Source of the DNA: Octopus vulgaris
Lineage: Eukaryota
NCBI GenBank assembly: GCA_951406725.2
Contig: OX597830.1
Coordinates: 62,930,001 to 62,994,000, forward strand
Direction of reading: 5' to 3'
DNA length: 64,000 nucleotides
A program made the position numbers and the translations under genes. The notes under the pieces are model-generated. The model worked only from the letters and a program-made list of their open reading frames with translations. It made no database searches and was not told the DNA's origin. Shown here one piece after another: positions 1-11,088 of the stretch (positions are counted from its first letter, which is position 1; every line of letters starts with the position of its first letter).

Positions 1-489
1 CTCGTGAGAAAAAAAAAAGAGATGTGATGGCTGCGTTTTGATAATCTTTGATCATACATTTGCTGAATTATGCCACCCAGGGGCTAAACAACAACTGCTT
101 CCATTGTCGTCTGTCTTTGAATAGAGACCATGTGGATATACATGTGAATAGGTACCATGAAGATGTACTGTTGTCTGGCTCAGTCTAACTAAGGATCAAT
201 AGGTACCATATGGATGTACAGCTGTCTCTTATAGACACAAAAGGTGAAGAGAGAGGTCTCTCTTGTCAGAAACGGTACATGCACCTTTGCTACTGAGTTT
301 AAACCCGACTAGAGTTGATTTCGCCCATCGTTTTAAAATCGATTTTAAAAACCACAACAGTAATGCACTGGGGTCTAATCGATTCTATTCCCTTTCTCTG
401 CTCTTTTCTATATACATGCACACACACTAAAACAATGCCGTGGTTCTGTAACACAATTAGAATGATTATTATTATTATTATTGAGAGGA

Positions 490-790
490 GGGCGGCGAGC
501 TGGCAGAATCGTTAGCATGCCGGGCGAAATGCTTAGCGGTATTTCGTCTGTCTTTATGTTCTGAGTTCAAATTCCGCCGAGGTCGACTTTGCCTTTTATC
601 CTTTCGGGGTCGATTAAATAAGCACCAGTTACGCACTGGGGTCGATGTAATCGTTCCGAGTTCAAATTCCGCCGAGGTCCACTTTGCATTTCATCCTTTC
701 GGGGACGATGTAATCGACGTAATCCCTTGGTCTGTCCTTCTTTGTCCCCTCTATGTTTAGCCCCTTGTGGGCAATAATAAAGAAATAAGA
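490..790 (+). mobile_element. tRNA-derived SINE family B (cluster of copies 490-2560)
   Basis: GGCGGCGAGCTGGCAGAATCGTTAGC...GAGTTCAAATTCC (B box)...GCCTTTCATCCTTTCGGGGTCGATAAATTAAGTACCAG core; internal partial duplication. Confidence 0.8.
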
Positions 791-1013
791 ATTGCTAACA
801 CACCGGGGGGGGGGGGGGGGTGATCGATCCCGAAAGGATAAAGGCTTAGCAGCATTTCGTCTGTTTTTACGTTCTGAGTTCAAATTCTGCCGAGGTCGAC
901 TTTGCCATTAATCCTTTCGGGATCGATAAATTAAGTACCAGTGAAACTCTGGGGGTCGATGTAATCGACTAGTCCCCTTCCTCAAAATTTCACTTGTGCT
1001 TTTAGTAGAAAGG

Positions 1014-1069
<56 letters not shown>

Positions 1070-4000
1070 TGTGTTATGTTGCTGGTCCTTCTGCCTGAAG
1101 CATTGTAACTGTAGTTTTCCCCTTCACGTTAACATATGCAAGACGATAAAAGAGAAAATCTTGTTTGTTCCAGCAGATTTCAGTTGCCATTATTCTGTGG
1201 AAATAACCGCTGGCATTATTATTTGTTTGGTGGTTCAAGGATTCCTAGTATTTTCTGTGATTGGACTTTTCTGTAATTGTTTTCTAACTTTCACCTGCGG
1301 GAAATAAACAGAATTTCATTGAAAAGTATCTTTGATAGTCTGATTCCTGAAGCAACTACAAGGAATTAAGCGATAATCGGTTACATAAATTCAAGGGCAA
1401 CGATGAACGAAAGAGCTTCGGCACAGAACCGATCGTTGAACCGATTGGAAGTTTTTATATTCTGCTATTGTTGTTGTTGTTGTTGTTCAGTTTTGTGTTT
1501 GTTCTGATTAAGCTGACCGATGATGAAAGTTTTTCCAATCGTGACCATCCTTCATGGGTTCGGTTTATAGGTAAAATCTGCGGATGGTGGGTGACGAAGG
1601 GCAAAATGCTTCGCGGCATTTTCTCTGTCTTTATATTGAGTTCAAATGCTGCCGTGGTCGACTTTGCCTTTCATCTTTTCAGGGTCAATAAAATAAATAC
1701 CAGTTAGTCACTTGGTTTGATTGCTGGCATTGTGCCAAAATTTGAAATTAATATTCTCAGTTTCCTTGATATCCACACAATCATATGGGTTTGCAAAGTC
1801 TACAATCTTACAAATAATCGTGTTTCTGAATTCAAATATCGCCGAGATCAACTTTGCTTTTCATCCTTTCGGGACTAATACAATAATCCCTGGTCAAGTA
1901 CTGGGGTCAATATAATCGACGAAGCACCCTCCTCTCCTCACTTTATAATTGCAGTCCTTGTACCAAAATTAGAAATGATAATTATTCTTTTCTACTCTAG
2001 GTACAAGGCCCGAAATTTTTTGGGAGGGGGCCAGTCGATTAGATTGATCTCAGTACGCAACTGGTACTTAATTTATCGACCCCGAAAGGATGAAAGGCAA
2101 AGTCGATCTCGGCGGAATTTGAACTCAGAACGTAACGGCAGACGAGATACCGCTAAGCATTTCGCCCGACGTGCTAACAACTCTGCCAGCTCGCCGCCTT
2201 AGAAATAATAATTATTAAAGCGGTGAGCTGGCAGAATCGTTACTGCGCCGGGCAAAATGCTTAGCGACATTTCGTCTGTCTTTACGTTTTGAGTTCAAAT
2301 TCCACCGAGGTCAGCTTTGCCTTTCATCCTCTCGGGGATCGGTAAATTAAGTACCAGCTGAGTACTGGCATTGTGCCAAAATTTGAAACTAATATTAAAG
2401 TTGCGAGCTGGCAGAATCGTTAGCGCGTCTGACCAAACTCTTAACGGCATTTCTCCTGGCTCTTTACGTTCCGCGTTCAAATCCCACCGATTTTGAGTCA
2501 ACTTTGCCTATCATCCTCTCGGGGGTTAAATTAAATGAAGAACTAGTCAGGTATTGGAGTCGATGTACACCGTCGATTAACACCGTCTCCGTAAAAATCG
2601 CTGAGCTTGCATCAAAATATGAAATCGTTATTGTTGTTTATATTATTTATTCAAGTGCTTGAGGGTGAGGGCGAGATCTGAGGCTGTGGAAAATAATATT
2701 TACCTAAGACGATACGCTGTAGACCTCGTGGTTGTGATGTGTTTCTAAGCCATTCAACTCAACCCTACACTGTACACACGCACACGCACGCGCACCTCAC
2801 TACCCTCCATCTTCTATGGGGCGCACCAACACCATCTTATCTCTCTATGCTCCATCAACACTAAATCAGACATTCTAATTCGTAGCAGTCTTTTGTCATG
2901 CTTGCTTTTGTGTGCGTGCATACATTTATGTTGAAATGGGTGCAGACGTGGCCAAGTGGTTAAAACCACTTTGTTTCTTAATAACTAGGTCTCGCGTTCA
3001 GTCGTGCGGTGCGGCGGGCGTCTTAGGCAAATATTTCCCCCTTCGTTTCTTTTTCACTATATCCTGCGGTTGATCCGAGTCCTGTGAGTGAAATTGAAAT
3101 TGGATGGAGAGAAACTGTGTGGAAGTTCAGCTTTGTTACCATACCATGGAGATTCTGTCTGAGGATTACATTAAAAGCATACGTGCCAATGGAACACTCA
3201 GCCACTTTCATAATAAATCAATATGTAGCAAGTTTAGGAGATCAAACAACTTGAAGACTCATCATGGAAACTAACGAAAGGCTTGGTGGCAGGCAATGAG
3301 TAAAGAAATGCTACACGCTGGAGTACCATCCTGGGGAATTTTTAGTCGAATGAATCGACCTCAGTGTCTTTTTGCTGAAATGCTGAGTTATGGGGACGTA
3401 AACAAACCAACAGCGGTTGTGAAGCGGTGGAGGGGAGGGAACAAGCACACACACACTCGGCAGGTTTCTTTCAGTTTCCGTCTGCGAGATCCACTCACAC
3501 GGCTTTCGTCAACTCGAGGATATATAAGATATTCGCCCAAGGTGTCGCGCAGTGGGATTGAACCCAGAATCATGTGGTTGGGAAGCAAGCTTCTTACCAC
3601 ACAGTTACGCCTGCACCTATATATATATATACAGAGAGAGAGAGAGAGAATCAGCCGTATGTGTATGACCTGGGAGCCTGTACGATGTTTTCGCTAATTG
3701 TTCAAGATGCCTGTATAGTTGCGAGCAGGCCTAGACACTCACTTGTCTCTCCCTTTGGTTCTGCAGCTCATCCAAGATGTGACTACTTGAGAGAGAGAGG
3801 GGGGGTTGTACCACCACTCATTTTTCGCTGAGTAAATTGGATCAACGTGAAATAAAGTGCATTGTTCAAGGACACAACGTACCGCCCTATCTAGGAATTG
3901 AACCTACGACATTATGGCGGTGAGCCAAGCCAGTCTAACTTGTAAGACACATGTAGGCTCGGGTTTTCAGCCTAGTGTATATCTTGATTACATTATCAGA

Positions 4001-4568
4001 TGTACTCTTGTCTTGGCTACTGTTTCTAACGTGTCGAGTGACTGACTGCGTAGACTTCTCCGCTAGTGTTGGTTGAGACATAACATAGACAAATATGAAC
4101 CAAGAGAAATTACCAAGAGTGGCCAAAGGCGTGTATTCGAACAACATAGGCGATTACAGGTATATCAAATACCGTACAATATAAATTCTCGATTTATTAA
4201 AATTATGACCGCTTCTAGAGGATGTGTCATTACTAAATAGCAGTTAATCAGCTCCATATCAGTAGGAAAGATAATCTCAAGATTCGAGAATTCAGCAGCG
4301 ATAGCATAGGGTTGAGGAAAAGTACAGCTTATTATCTGGAGATAAGAGGACAGACACTTCTTACTTGCACTATCTTAATATTCTGGCATTTCTCTTCTAC
4401 CCTCCCTCATCCCTTAACCACAAACGCCTTTTCTCCCCCACCTCCTCATAAGATTTCACGAATATTAAAAGATCGTCTGGTTACTGGCCGTTGTTGTTAA
4501 GCCCAGGCTTAATTGAGCAAGCTTATTGATCAAAGGCATTCCCAGTTGTGACAACCCCATCTAATATA

Positions 4569-5081
4569 TCTATATATATATAAATGTAGTTGTGTGAGTG
4601 TCTGTCCCCTTCGATTTAGATTCCTAACTCCTCCCACATTTTGCGGTGCAGTTTAACCAAATTCGTGTATCTTATAGTCGTGATTCATATCGAGCCCGTC
4701 TGAGTATTAGCGCGCGTCTACGATGAGTCTACGATTTTAAAAATAATTTAACATCATTTTTTATTCCATTTTAATGCATAATTTTTCGTGTGTCGATGGC
4801 GGCGGAGTTGGCGTCCATGGTCACACCTGCACCTGTTTGCTTCTCCCCCTTCTTCCCTCCCTCGTGAAGCTGTGGGGAAGGGAGTGTAAGGAAATCAACG
4901 TCGTAAAGCGTTGTCAAGGAGACCAGCGTTCTTTTAGAACAACGACTTCATGGCTTGAAGACACCAAAACAGAAATGGCTAAGAAAGCCCGAATTGGCAT
5001 CTATAAGGGAAGTAACTCTCTAAAAATGCTTATATAGTTATTTCCCTTACAAACCCGAGCAACGCCGGGCGATACTGCTAG
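4569..5081 (+). mobile_element. Non-autonomous Helitron (~513 bp)
   Basis: 5' end A|TCTATATATATA, 3' end CTAG|T. GC-rich subterminal hairpin CCCGAGCAACGCCGGG (5054-5069) just upstream of CTAG. Inserted in an A/T dinucleotide with no TSD. Confidence 0.85.
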
Positions 5082-5676
5082 TATTATACATGTTTGAAAT
5101 GTTGGTACAAGGCCAGCAATTTCGGGGTTGGATAAGTCGATTACATCGATCCCAGTGTTCAACTGGTGTTTATCTTATCGATCCCGAAAGGGCGAAAGGC
5201 AAAAGTCCACTGTGGCGGAATTTGAACTCAGAACGTAGAGGCGCGCGAAGCAATTTACCGGGCGTGCTAACGATTCTACTAGCTCACGTCTATTATTTAT
5301 ATATAGACGCAGGGGTGGCTTCGCTTGCTTCCCAACCACATGGTTCCGAGTTCAGTCCCACTGCGTGGCACTTTCGGCAAGTGTCTTCTACTATAGACTC
5401 GGGCCGACCAAAGCCTTGTGAGTGGATTTGATAGACGAAAACTGAAAGAAGCCCGTCGTGTATGTGTATATATATGTATGTATATGTTTGCGTGTCTGTG
5501 TTTGTCCCACCACCATCTCTTGACAACCGATGTTGGTGTGTTTACGTACCCTAACTTAGCGGTTCGGGAAAAGAGATCAATAGAATAAGTACTGGGGGCG
5601 ATTTGTTCGACTAAAGGCGGTGTTCCAACATGATCGCTGTCAAATGACTTAAATGTGTAAAAAAGTAATTTATATA

Positions 5677-5906
5677 CAGGGGTTGGACAAAATAATGGAA
5701 ACACCTTAAAATTTAAAACAAATTAATTTTAATATAGGTTAGGACCGCCTTTGGCAGTAATTACAGCTTGAATTCTACGAGGTATGAACTCATACAAAGT
5801 TTAAATTGTTTCCAAAGAAATTTTTGTCTATTCTTCAACTAAAACAGTCTCCAGTTCTTGTAGTGATGATGGCAGAGGATATCGACTCCTTACTTGTTTT
5901 TCTAAG
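5677..5906 (-). pseudogene. Tc1/mariner transposon 3' remnant (transposase C-terminus plus TIR)
   Basis: TA|CAGGGGTTGGACAAAATAATGGAAACACC terminal repeat. The minus strand translates LEKQVRSRYPLPSSLQELETVLVEE*TKISLETI*TLYEFIPRRIQAVITAKGGP.., the typical Tc1 C-terminus, with two in-frame stops. Confidence 0.88.
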
Positions 5907-6177
5907 GTATGGGGACGTAAACACACCAACATCGGTTGTCAAGCGATGGTGGAGGATCAGACGCACACACATACATCATACATACATGCACACATACATA
6001 CATACACGACAGGTTTCTTTCAGTTTCCGCCTATCAAATCCACTCACAAGGCTTTTGTCGGCCCGAGGTTATAGAAGACACTTGCCCAAGGTGCCACGCA
6101 GGGGGAATGAACCCGGAGCCATGTGGTTGTTAAGCAAGCTACTTACCACTTTATTAATAAAGCTGCAAAGACATCTC

Positions 6178-6224
6178 AAAAGCTGTTACTCAGAGTTTCA
6201 CGTTCCCGTTCGTCGGACAGTTTT
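6178..6224 (-). ncRNA. Minimal type I hammerhead ribozyme motif (variant core CCGACGA), probably Penelope-like element derived
   Basis: Minus strand: aaaactgt CCGACGA acg-ggaa-cgt GAAA ctc-t-gag TA acagctttt. Stems I, II and III can all pair; cleavage triplet GUA. Confidence 0.65.
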
Positions 6225-6690
6225 GGTTGAGAATATAAAGCTACATTGTGCAGGGTGTCCTTCATTTTTTAAGACAATAGGATGTGATTTGAGATAAACT
6301 TGACTTATGTTTCTAGCTACTCGGGCGAGCTTGTATAGACGGTTCCCTCGTTGTTTGCTCAGGGGTGTAGGTAGGTAGGTGGGTGGGATAATAAAGAGGC
6401 TGAGAAGAAACAGGTGCCACTAAGGAAAAATTTAAAATAGGGTGTGGCCTGGAAGGCAGACAGAAAGGTCAGAGGGGACCACTTTATAAGGAGTGTGTGT
6501 GTGTGTGTGTGTGATAATGTGTGAACACGCATGTGTATTAACGTACGTTTAAGCATGTTTATATGTAGGAATGTGGGTTTGTGTGTAATATTGTAGGGAG
6601 AATTTAAAATAAGGGTTGAAAAGGTTAGAGGGGACTACATTACAGAGGAATGCCTGAGTATATATGTAATGTGTATATTTTTACATATAT

Positions 6691-6863
6691 AGGAGTGGCT
6701 GTGTGGTAAATAGCTTGCTTACCAACCACATGGTTCCTGGTTCAGTCCCACTGCGTAGCACCTTGGGCAAGCGTCTTCTACTATAGCCTAGGGCCGACCA
6801 AAGCCTTGTGAGTGGATTTGGTTGACAGAAACTGAAGAGAAGCCCGTTGTATATATGTATAGG

Positions 6864-6904
<41 letters not shown>

Positions 6905-7108
6905 ATGTTTGTGTGTCTGCGTTTGTCCCCCCAACATCGCTTGATAACCGATGCTGGTGTGTTTACGTCCCCGTAACTTAGTGGTTCGGCAAAAGAGACC
7001 AATAGAATAAGTACTAGGCTTACAAAGATCAAGTCCTGGGGCCGATTTGCTCGACTAAATGCGGTGCTCCAGCATGGCCGCTGTCAAATGACTGAAACAA
7101 GTAAAAGA
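6691..7108 (+). mobile_element. tRNA-derived SINE family A (probably the octopus OK-type SINE), near full length
   Basis: Head GGAGTGGCTGTGTGGTAA (A box) ... GGTTCAGTCCC (B box), internal (TA)n(TG)n, tail CAAATGACTGAAACAAGTAAAAGA. Many copies in the window. Confidence 0.85.
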
Positions 7109-7839
7109 CTATATGTATGTTTTACATGTATATGAATATATATTTATGTATAGCGTGCGTTTGTGATATTTAAACATTTATAAGTGACTGTATACATTTA
7201 CATATGCTTATATATGATGTTTGTTCATACGTGTGAAGGTGCGTGGCTTAGTGGTATTCGGTTCACGAGTTCGATTCCTGACGGCGTGTTGTGTCCACGA
7301 GCAAGACGGTTTATTCCACGTCGCTCCGGTCCAATCAGCTGGCGAAAATGACCTGGGCCAGCAATTCAAAAGGACCAGCCGTATCACAATCTGTGTCAGG
7401 CAGGGATCTCCCCGAGAACTACATGAAGTGTACTCGTGTCTGTGGAGTACTCATCCACTTGCACGTTAGTTTCACGAGCAGCCCGTTCTGTTGAGCGGAT
7501 CACCTGGAATATTTGTCGTCGTAACCGACGGAGTACCAGTTACGTTCCTCTGTGATAATGTATGTTTGTGTGGAAATGCACGCGTGAGTTTATATGCCGT
7601 AACGTATATTTGTGCGTGATGTACGTTGAACGTGTGTTTGTGTTTGATAAGACACTTTCTACCTGTGTTTGTGATAATGTATGAGTCATAATAATGTAGT
7701 ATGCTTGTGTATGATAATGTATGTTTAGGTTATAAAGGGTGGTGGTGGTGGTGGGTGAGCACAAAAGCGAGGCTTCATTTAATCTACACTATTTGACTTA
7801 CACATTGTGAAAGTGGCGAGGGGTGGAGAGACGAAACAG

Positions 7840-7886
<47 letters not shown>

Positions 7887-8089
7887 ATAGATAGGCGTGT
7901 GTTTTTTCGGAATGTGTTTATTACAGTGTTTTTTTTTTACAGAATGTGTGTGTGCGTTCGTGTAAAAATCTGATGTGTATTTAAAAATGCGATGGTATGT
8001 ATGTCTTTAAAAACTATGCAATGTGTGCTTGTATCTGTGAGTAAACAAAATATGAAGTGTATTTGTAAGAAAAAAGTGTGGGGGGTGAA

Positions 8090-9499
8090 CTTGTTAAATT
8101 TTACTTCCTATTGCATCAAGCTTTTCAAATTTTCACCAGGTTATATTTTTGAAAATAGTTCTTATGTAATCTTGCATGGTGATGAAAATCACATTTATTT
8201 ATACTTTCTAGAAAGTAATTGTAAATAAGTTACAAGTATTTAAAGGCAGCCTTCATATACCGCCGGATGCCGTGACTTTGTCTCCTTTGGGAGCAGCAAG
8301 CACGCAGGAAATCTTTACGTTATATCTTGACCTACTAGAAATAGCAGCCAAATCTTCCTTAAACTAAACCCTCCCCCCCCCGACAAAAAAAAAAGCAATA
8401 GAAAGGGCGAAACATTGTATCACAAGACCATTTATTTCCTCGCTTGAGGCGGGTCCAAGTCCTCGCAATTTGTTGAGTGTTATTAATAGCATGCAAATGA
8501 AAATGAATCTCAGTGGATGTAACCTTTTATCGAACTCACGACCCTTAAAACACTTATTGGGTCCCACAGATTGATATTAGATGTATTTTCTATTTTCTTA
8601 TGGTAAAATTGTAAAAAAAAAAAGGCGGTGGTAAGGGTAGAGAAAGAATTGGTTTAGATGAATTGGGGCAAAATAAGTAATTGGTGATAGTTTTCATTAT
8701 TTTTTTCTACCTGTTCGGAACTGTTATATTGCAGGTATTGCATCATCGTCTTTGGGAATAAAAATTGGTCAGCATATTAATAACTCTGCTGACCGATTTT
8801 TACAACCCGCCCCAAAAAATGATGCAATACATGCAATGTAATGTTTTCAAATAGGTCGGTTTTAAGTTGAGTTTAAAACACATTTTGTCATTGTATGAAG
8901 TGTTACTGTTGACGACGATGATGATGATTATGATGGAGCTGTTCTATCTCCACTACCAAACCTTGAAAGACATTTTTTATCATAACAGAAGAGAAAATAC
9001 ATTTTATATCAGTCTGTGGAGCCGAGTAAGAGTCGTGAGTTCGATAAAAGGTTACATCCGTGGAGATTGACTTTCATTTAGAAGTTAGTGGAAAGTAAGT
9101 GGAAAGCACTTGGACCTTCCACAAACGAGGAAATAAACAGGGCTGTGACACAGTTTTGTCCTTTTTTGAGACGTTATTGTGTATTTTAAGGAAGATTTAG
9201 CTGCTATTTCTAGAAGGTCGGCGGTCGACATAAAGGTTCCCTGTGTTCTTGCTGTTCTCAAAGGTAACAGTCACGGCGTCCGGTATATCTGGCAGTGGAG
9301 GCTGCCGATTGGTTAAAATTACATAATTTAAAATGCTTTGAACTTATTAATTTCTAGGGAAAAAAAGAAAATGAATGCGATTTTCGTTACTAGCATTCAC
9401 CCCCACAAAAAACAAACAAAAATGCATTAAAACCACGTTTTGAAAATAATCTGATGAAATTTTGTTAAAACTCGAAGTAGTTACAAAAAATTTAACAAG
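8090..9499. repeat. ~1.4-kb imperfect palindrome (foldback) centred on a 12-nt loop at 8775-8786
   Basis: Arms align as reverse complements along the length. Examples: AAAATTGGTCAGCA/TGCTGACCGATTTT at the centre; GGATGTAACCTTTTATCGAACTCACGAC (~8515) versus its exact reverse complement (~9032-9059); CTAGAAATAGCAGC (~8335 versus ~9200-9213); CTTGTTAAATTTT (8090 versus ~9487-9499). Confidence 0.85.
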
Positions 9500-10121
9500 A
9501 TCCGAAATATGAAATGTGTCTGTATAAATATGTAATGTGTGCGTGTATGTATAGTATATACGTATAAAATAATATATATATTGCATCAATTGTGGTCAGG
9601 TTGTGTCACAATCTCAACCAGGAGATACTACTCGATCATAGTGACTACAATACTTGTTCTATAATTTTGTATTTTATGTATTTTCCGGTTAGTTTAGCGT
9701 CATTATTTTGACTCATCACCGTTTCTTTTGTAATTCGACGCTGTTGAGTCAAGCAAAACGTGTGGGCATATATAGAAAAACGTGTAACGCTTATAACACA
9801 TAGGTGTGTGTATATGGATATATGCTTACACGCATATTATACATATATATATTCTTTTATTTGTTTCAGTTATTTGATCGCTGCCATGCTGGAGCACTGC
9901 CTTTAGTCGAGCAAATCGACCCCAGGACTTACTCTTTGTAAGCCTAGTACTTATTCTATCAGTCTCTTTTGCCGAACCGCTAAGTTACGGGGACGTAAAC
10001 ACACCAGCATCGATTGTCAAGCGATGTTGGGGGACAAATACAGACACACAAACATATATACATATATATATATAATAGATATACCTACATTATATATATA
10101 TATATATATATGAAGAAGCCC

Positions 10122-10525
10122 AGAGAGAGAGAGAGTGAGTGGTTGTATACTGTCAACATAACGTGACAGTCCCGTAAAGGGAATTACACCACCGCTGTTT
10201 AGCCCTAGGAAGCATCGACGCTTCCTGTTGGCTTTGACACATTTCCCGTGTCCTTATATTTGCGAAGGCTTGGCAAGTATCTCAACAAGCAGGAATTGCT
10301 ACTCTGGACTGATGACGGGCAAGACCCAGAAACATGCATGTCTTCAGGTGTGAATCCTAGTTGGTGGGGGTGCTTGCCTCCCCTTCGCAAATATAAGGAC
10401 ACAGGAAATGTGTCAAAGTCGACAGGATGCGTCGATGCTTCCTAGGGCTAAATAGCGGTGGTGTAATTCCCTTTACGGGACTGTCACGTTATGTTGACAG
10501 TATACAACCACTCTCTCTCTCTCTC
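10122..10525. mobile_element. Foldback/MITE-like element with ~160-bp inverted arms plus (GA)n/(TC)n ends, in (TA)n context
   Basis: 10137-~10294 is the near-perfect reverse complement of ~10355-10513; the outer ~60 bp are identical. Confidence 0.85.
10303..10348 (+). ncRNA. Type I hammerhead ribozyme motif at the apex of the foldback
   Basis: tctgga CTGATGA(10309-10315) c-ggg-caaga-ccc-a GAAA(10329-10332) catgcatg TC ttcagg. Palindromic stem III, GUC triplet at 10340-10342, stem I tctgga/ttcagg. Confidence 0.75.
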
Positions 10526-10868
10526 CATATATATATGGGAGGGTGCGTGGCCGGGTGGTGCTTTGTGTTCTTGAGCAAACCACTTCATCTCACGCTGCTC
10601 TGCGATGTCACCTGATGCGTGGTACACAATGCACCATTTCAGGCAACGTCGATTTGATCGAGAGTGAGCCATTGTGTGGCACGAATTTTTGATCACTATA
10701 AACCAGGAGTGGGGGAACTTTTTAGTGCGGCGGCGGAAAATTTCCAAAAATAGAAAAAAAGAAAAAAAAGGTCCGCAGGCGGATCACAAGTTCTTACTCT
10801 TCTATCTGTCTAAATCTTGTATATTTATCTATATATAATTCGAGACACATTAATAAAGAAAAGTTTAG

Positions 10869-11088
10869 TCCTTTCATGACCAACCTGACTGAAACCGGTT
10901 CTGGCTCTGAGTACAAATGTCTTGTTTTCATAAGTTTTGAATTAAAATCTTCCACCAAACCTTAGTCACAATTTATGTTCCTAACACTAGCTGAATGATA
11001 ACAAAGTTAAGTTACTAAATTCTTTGTTATATTTAAAGTAATTGAAAGAAACACAGATCATCTCAAAATAAATACAGTAATGAAAGGG
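10869..11088. mobile_element. piggyBac-like TTAA MITE, family 1
   Basis: Same body (GAAACCGGTTCTGGCTCTGAGTACAAATGTCTTGTTTTC...), ending GAAAGGG|TTAA; left TSD decayed. Confidence 0.75.

Noticed and set aside
8735-8841. Exon-like stretch (ttgcag|GT...GIASSSLGIKIGQHINNSADRFLQPAPKNDAIHAM*)
   Set aside because: It straddles the symmetry centre of the 1.4-kb palindrome, so it is explained by the inverted duplication; no recognisable protein similarity.
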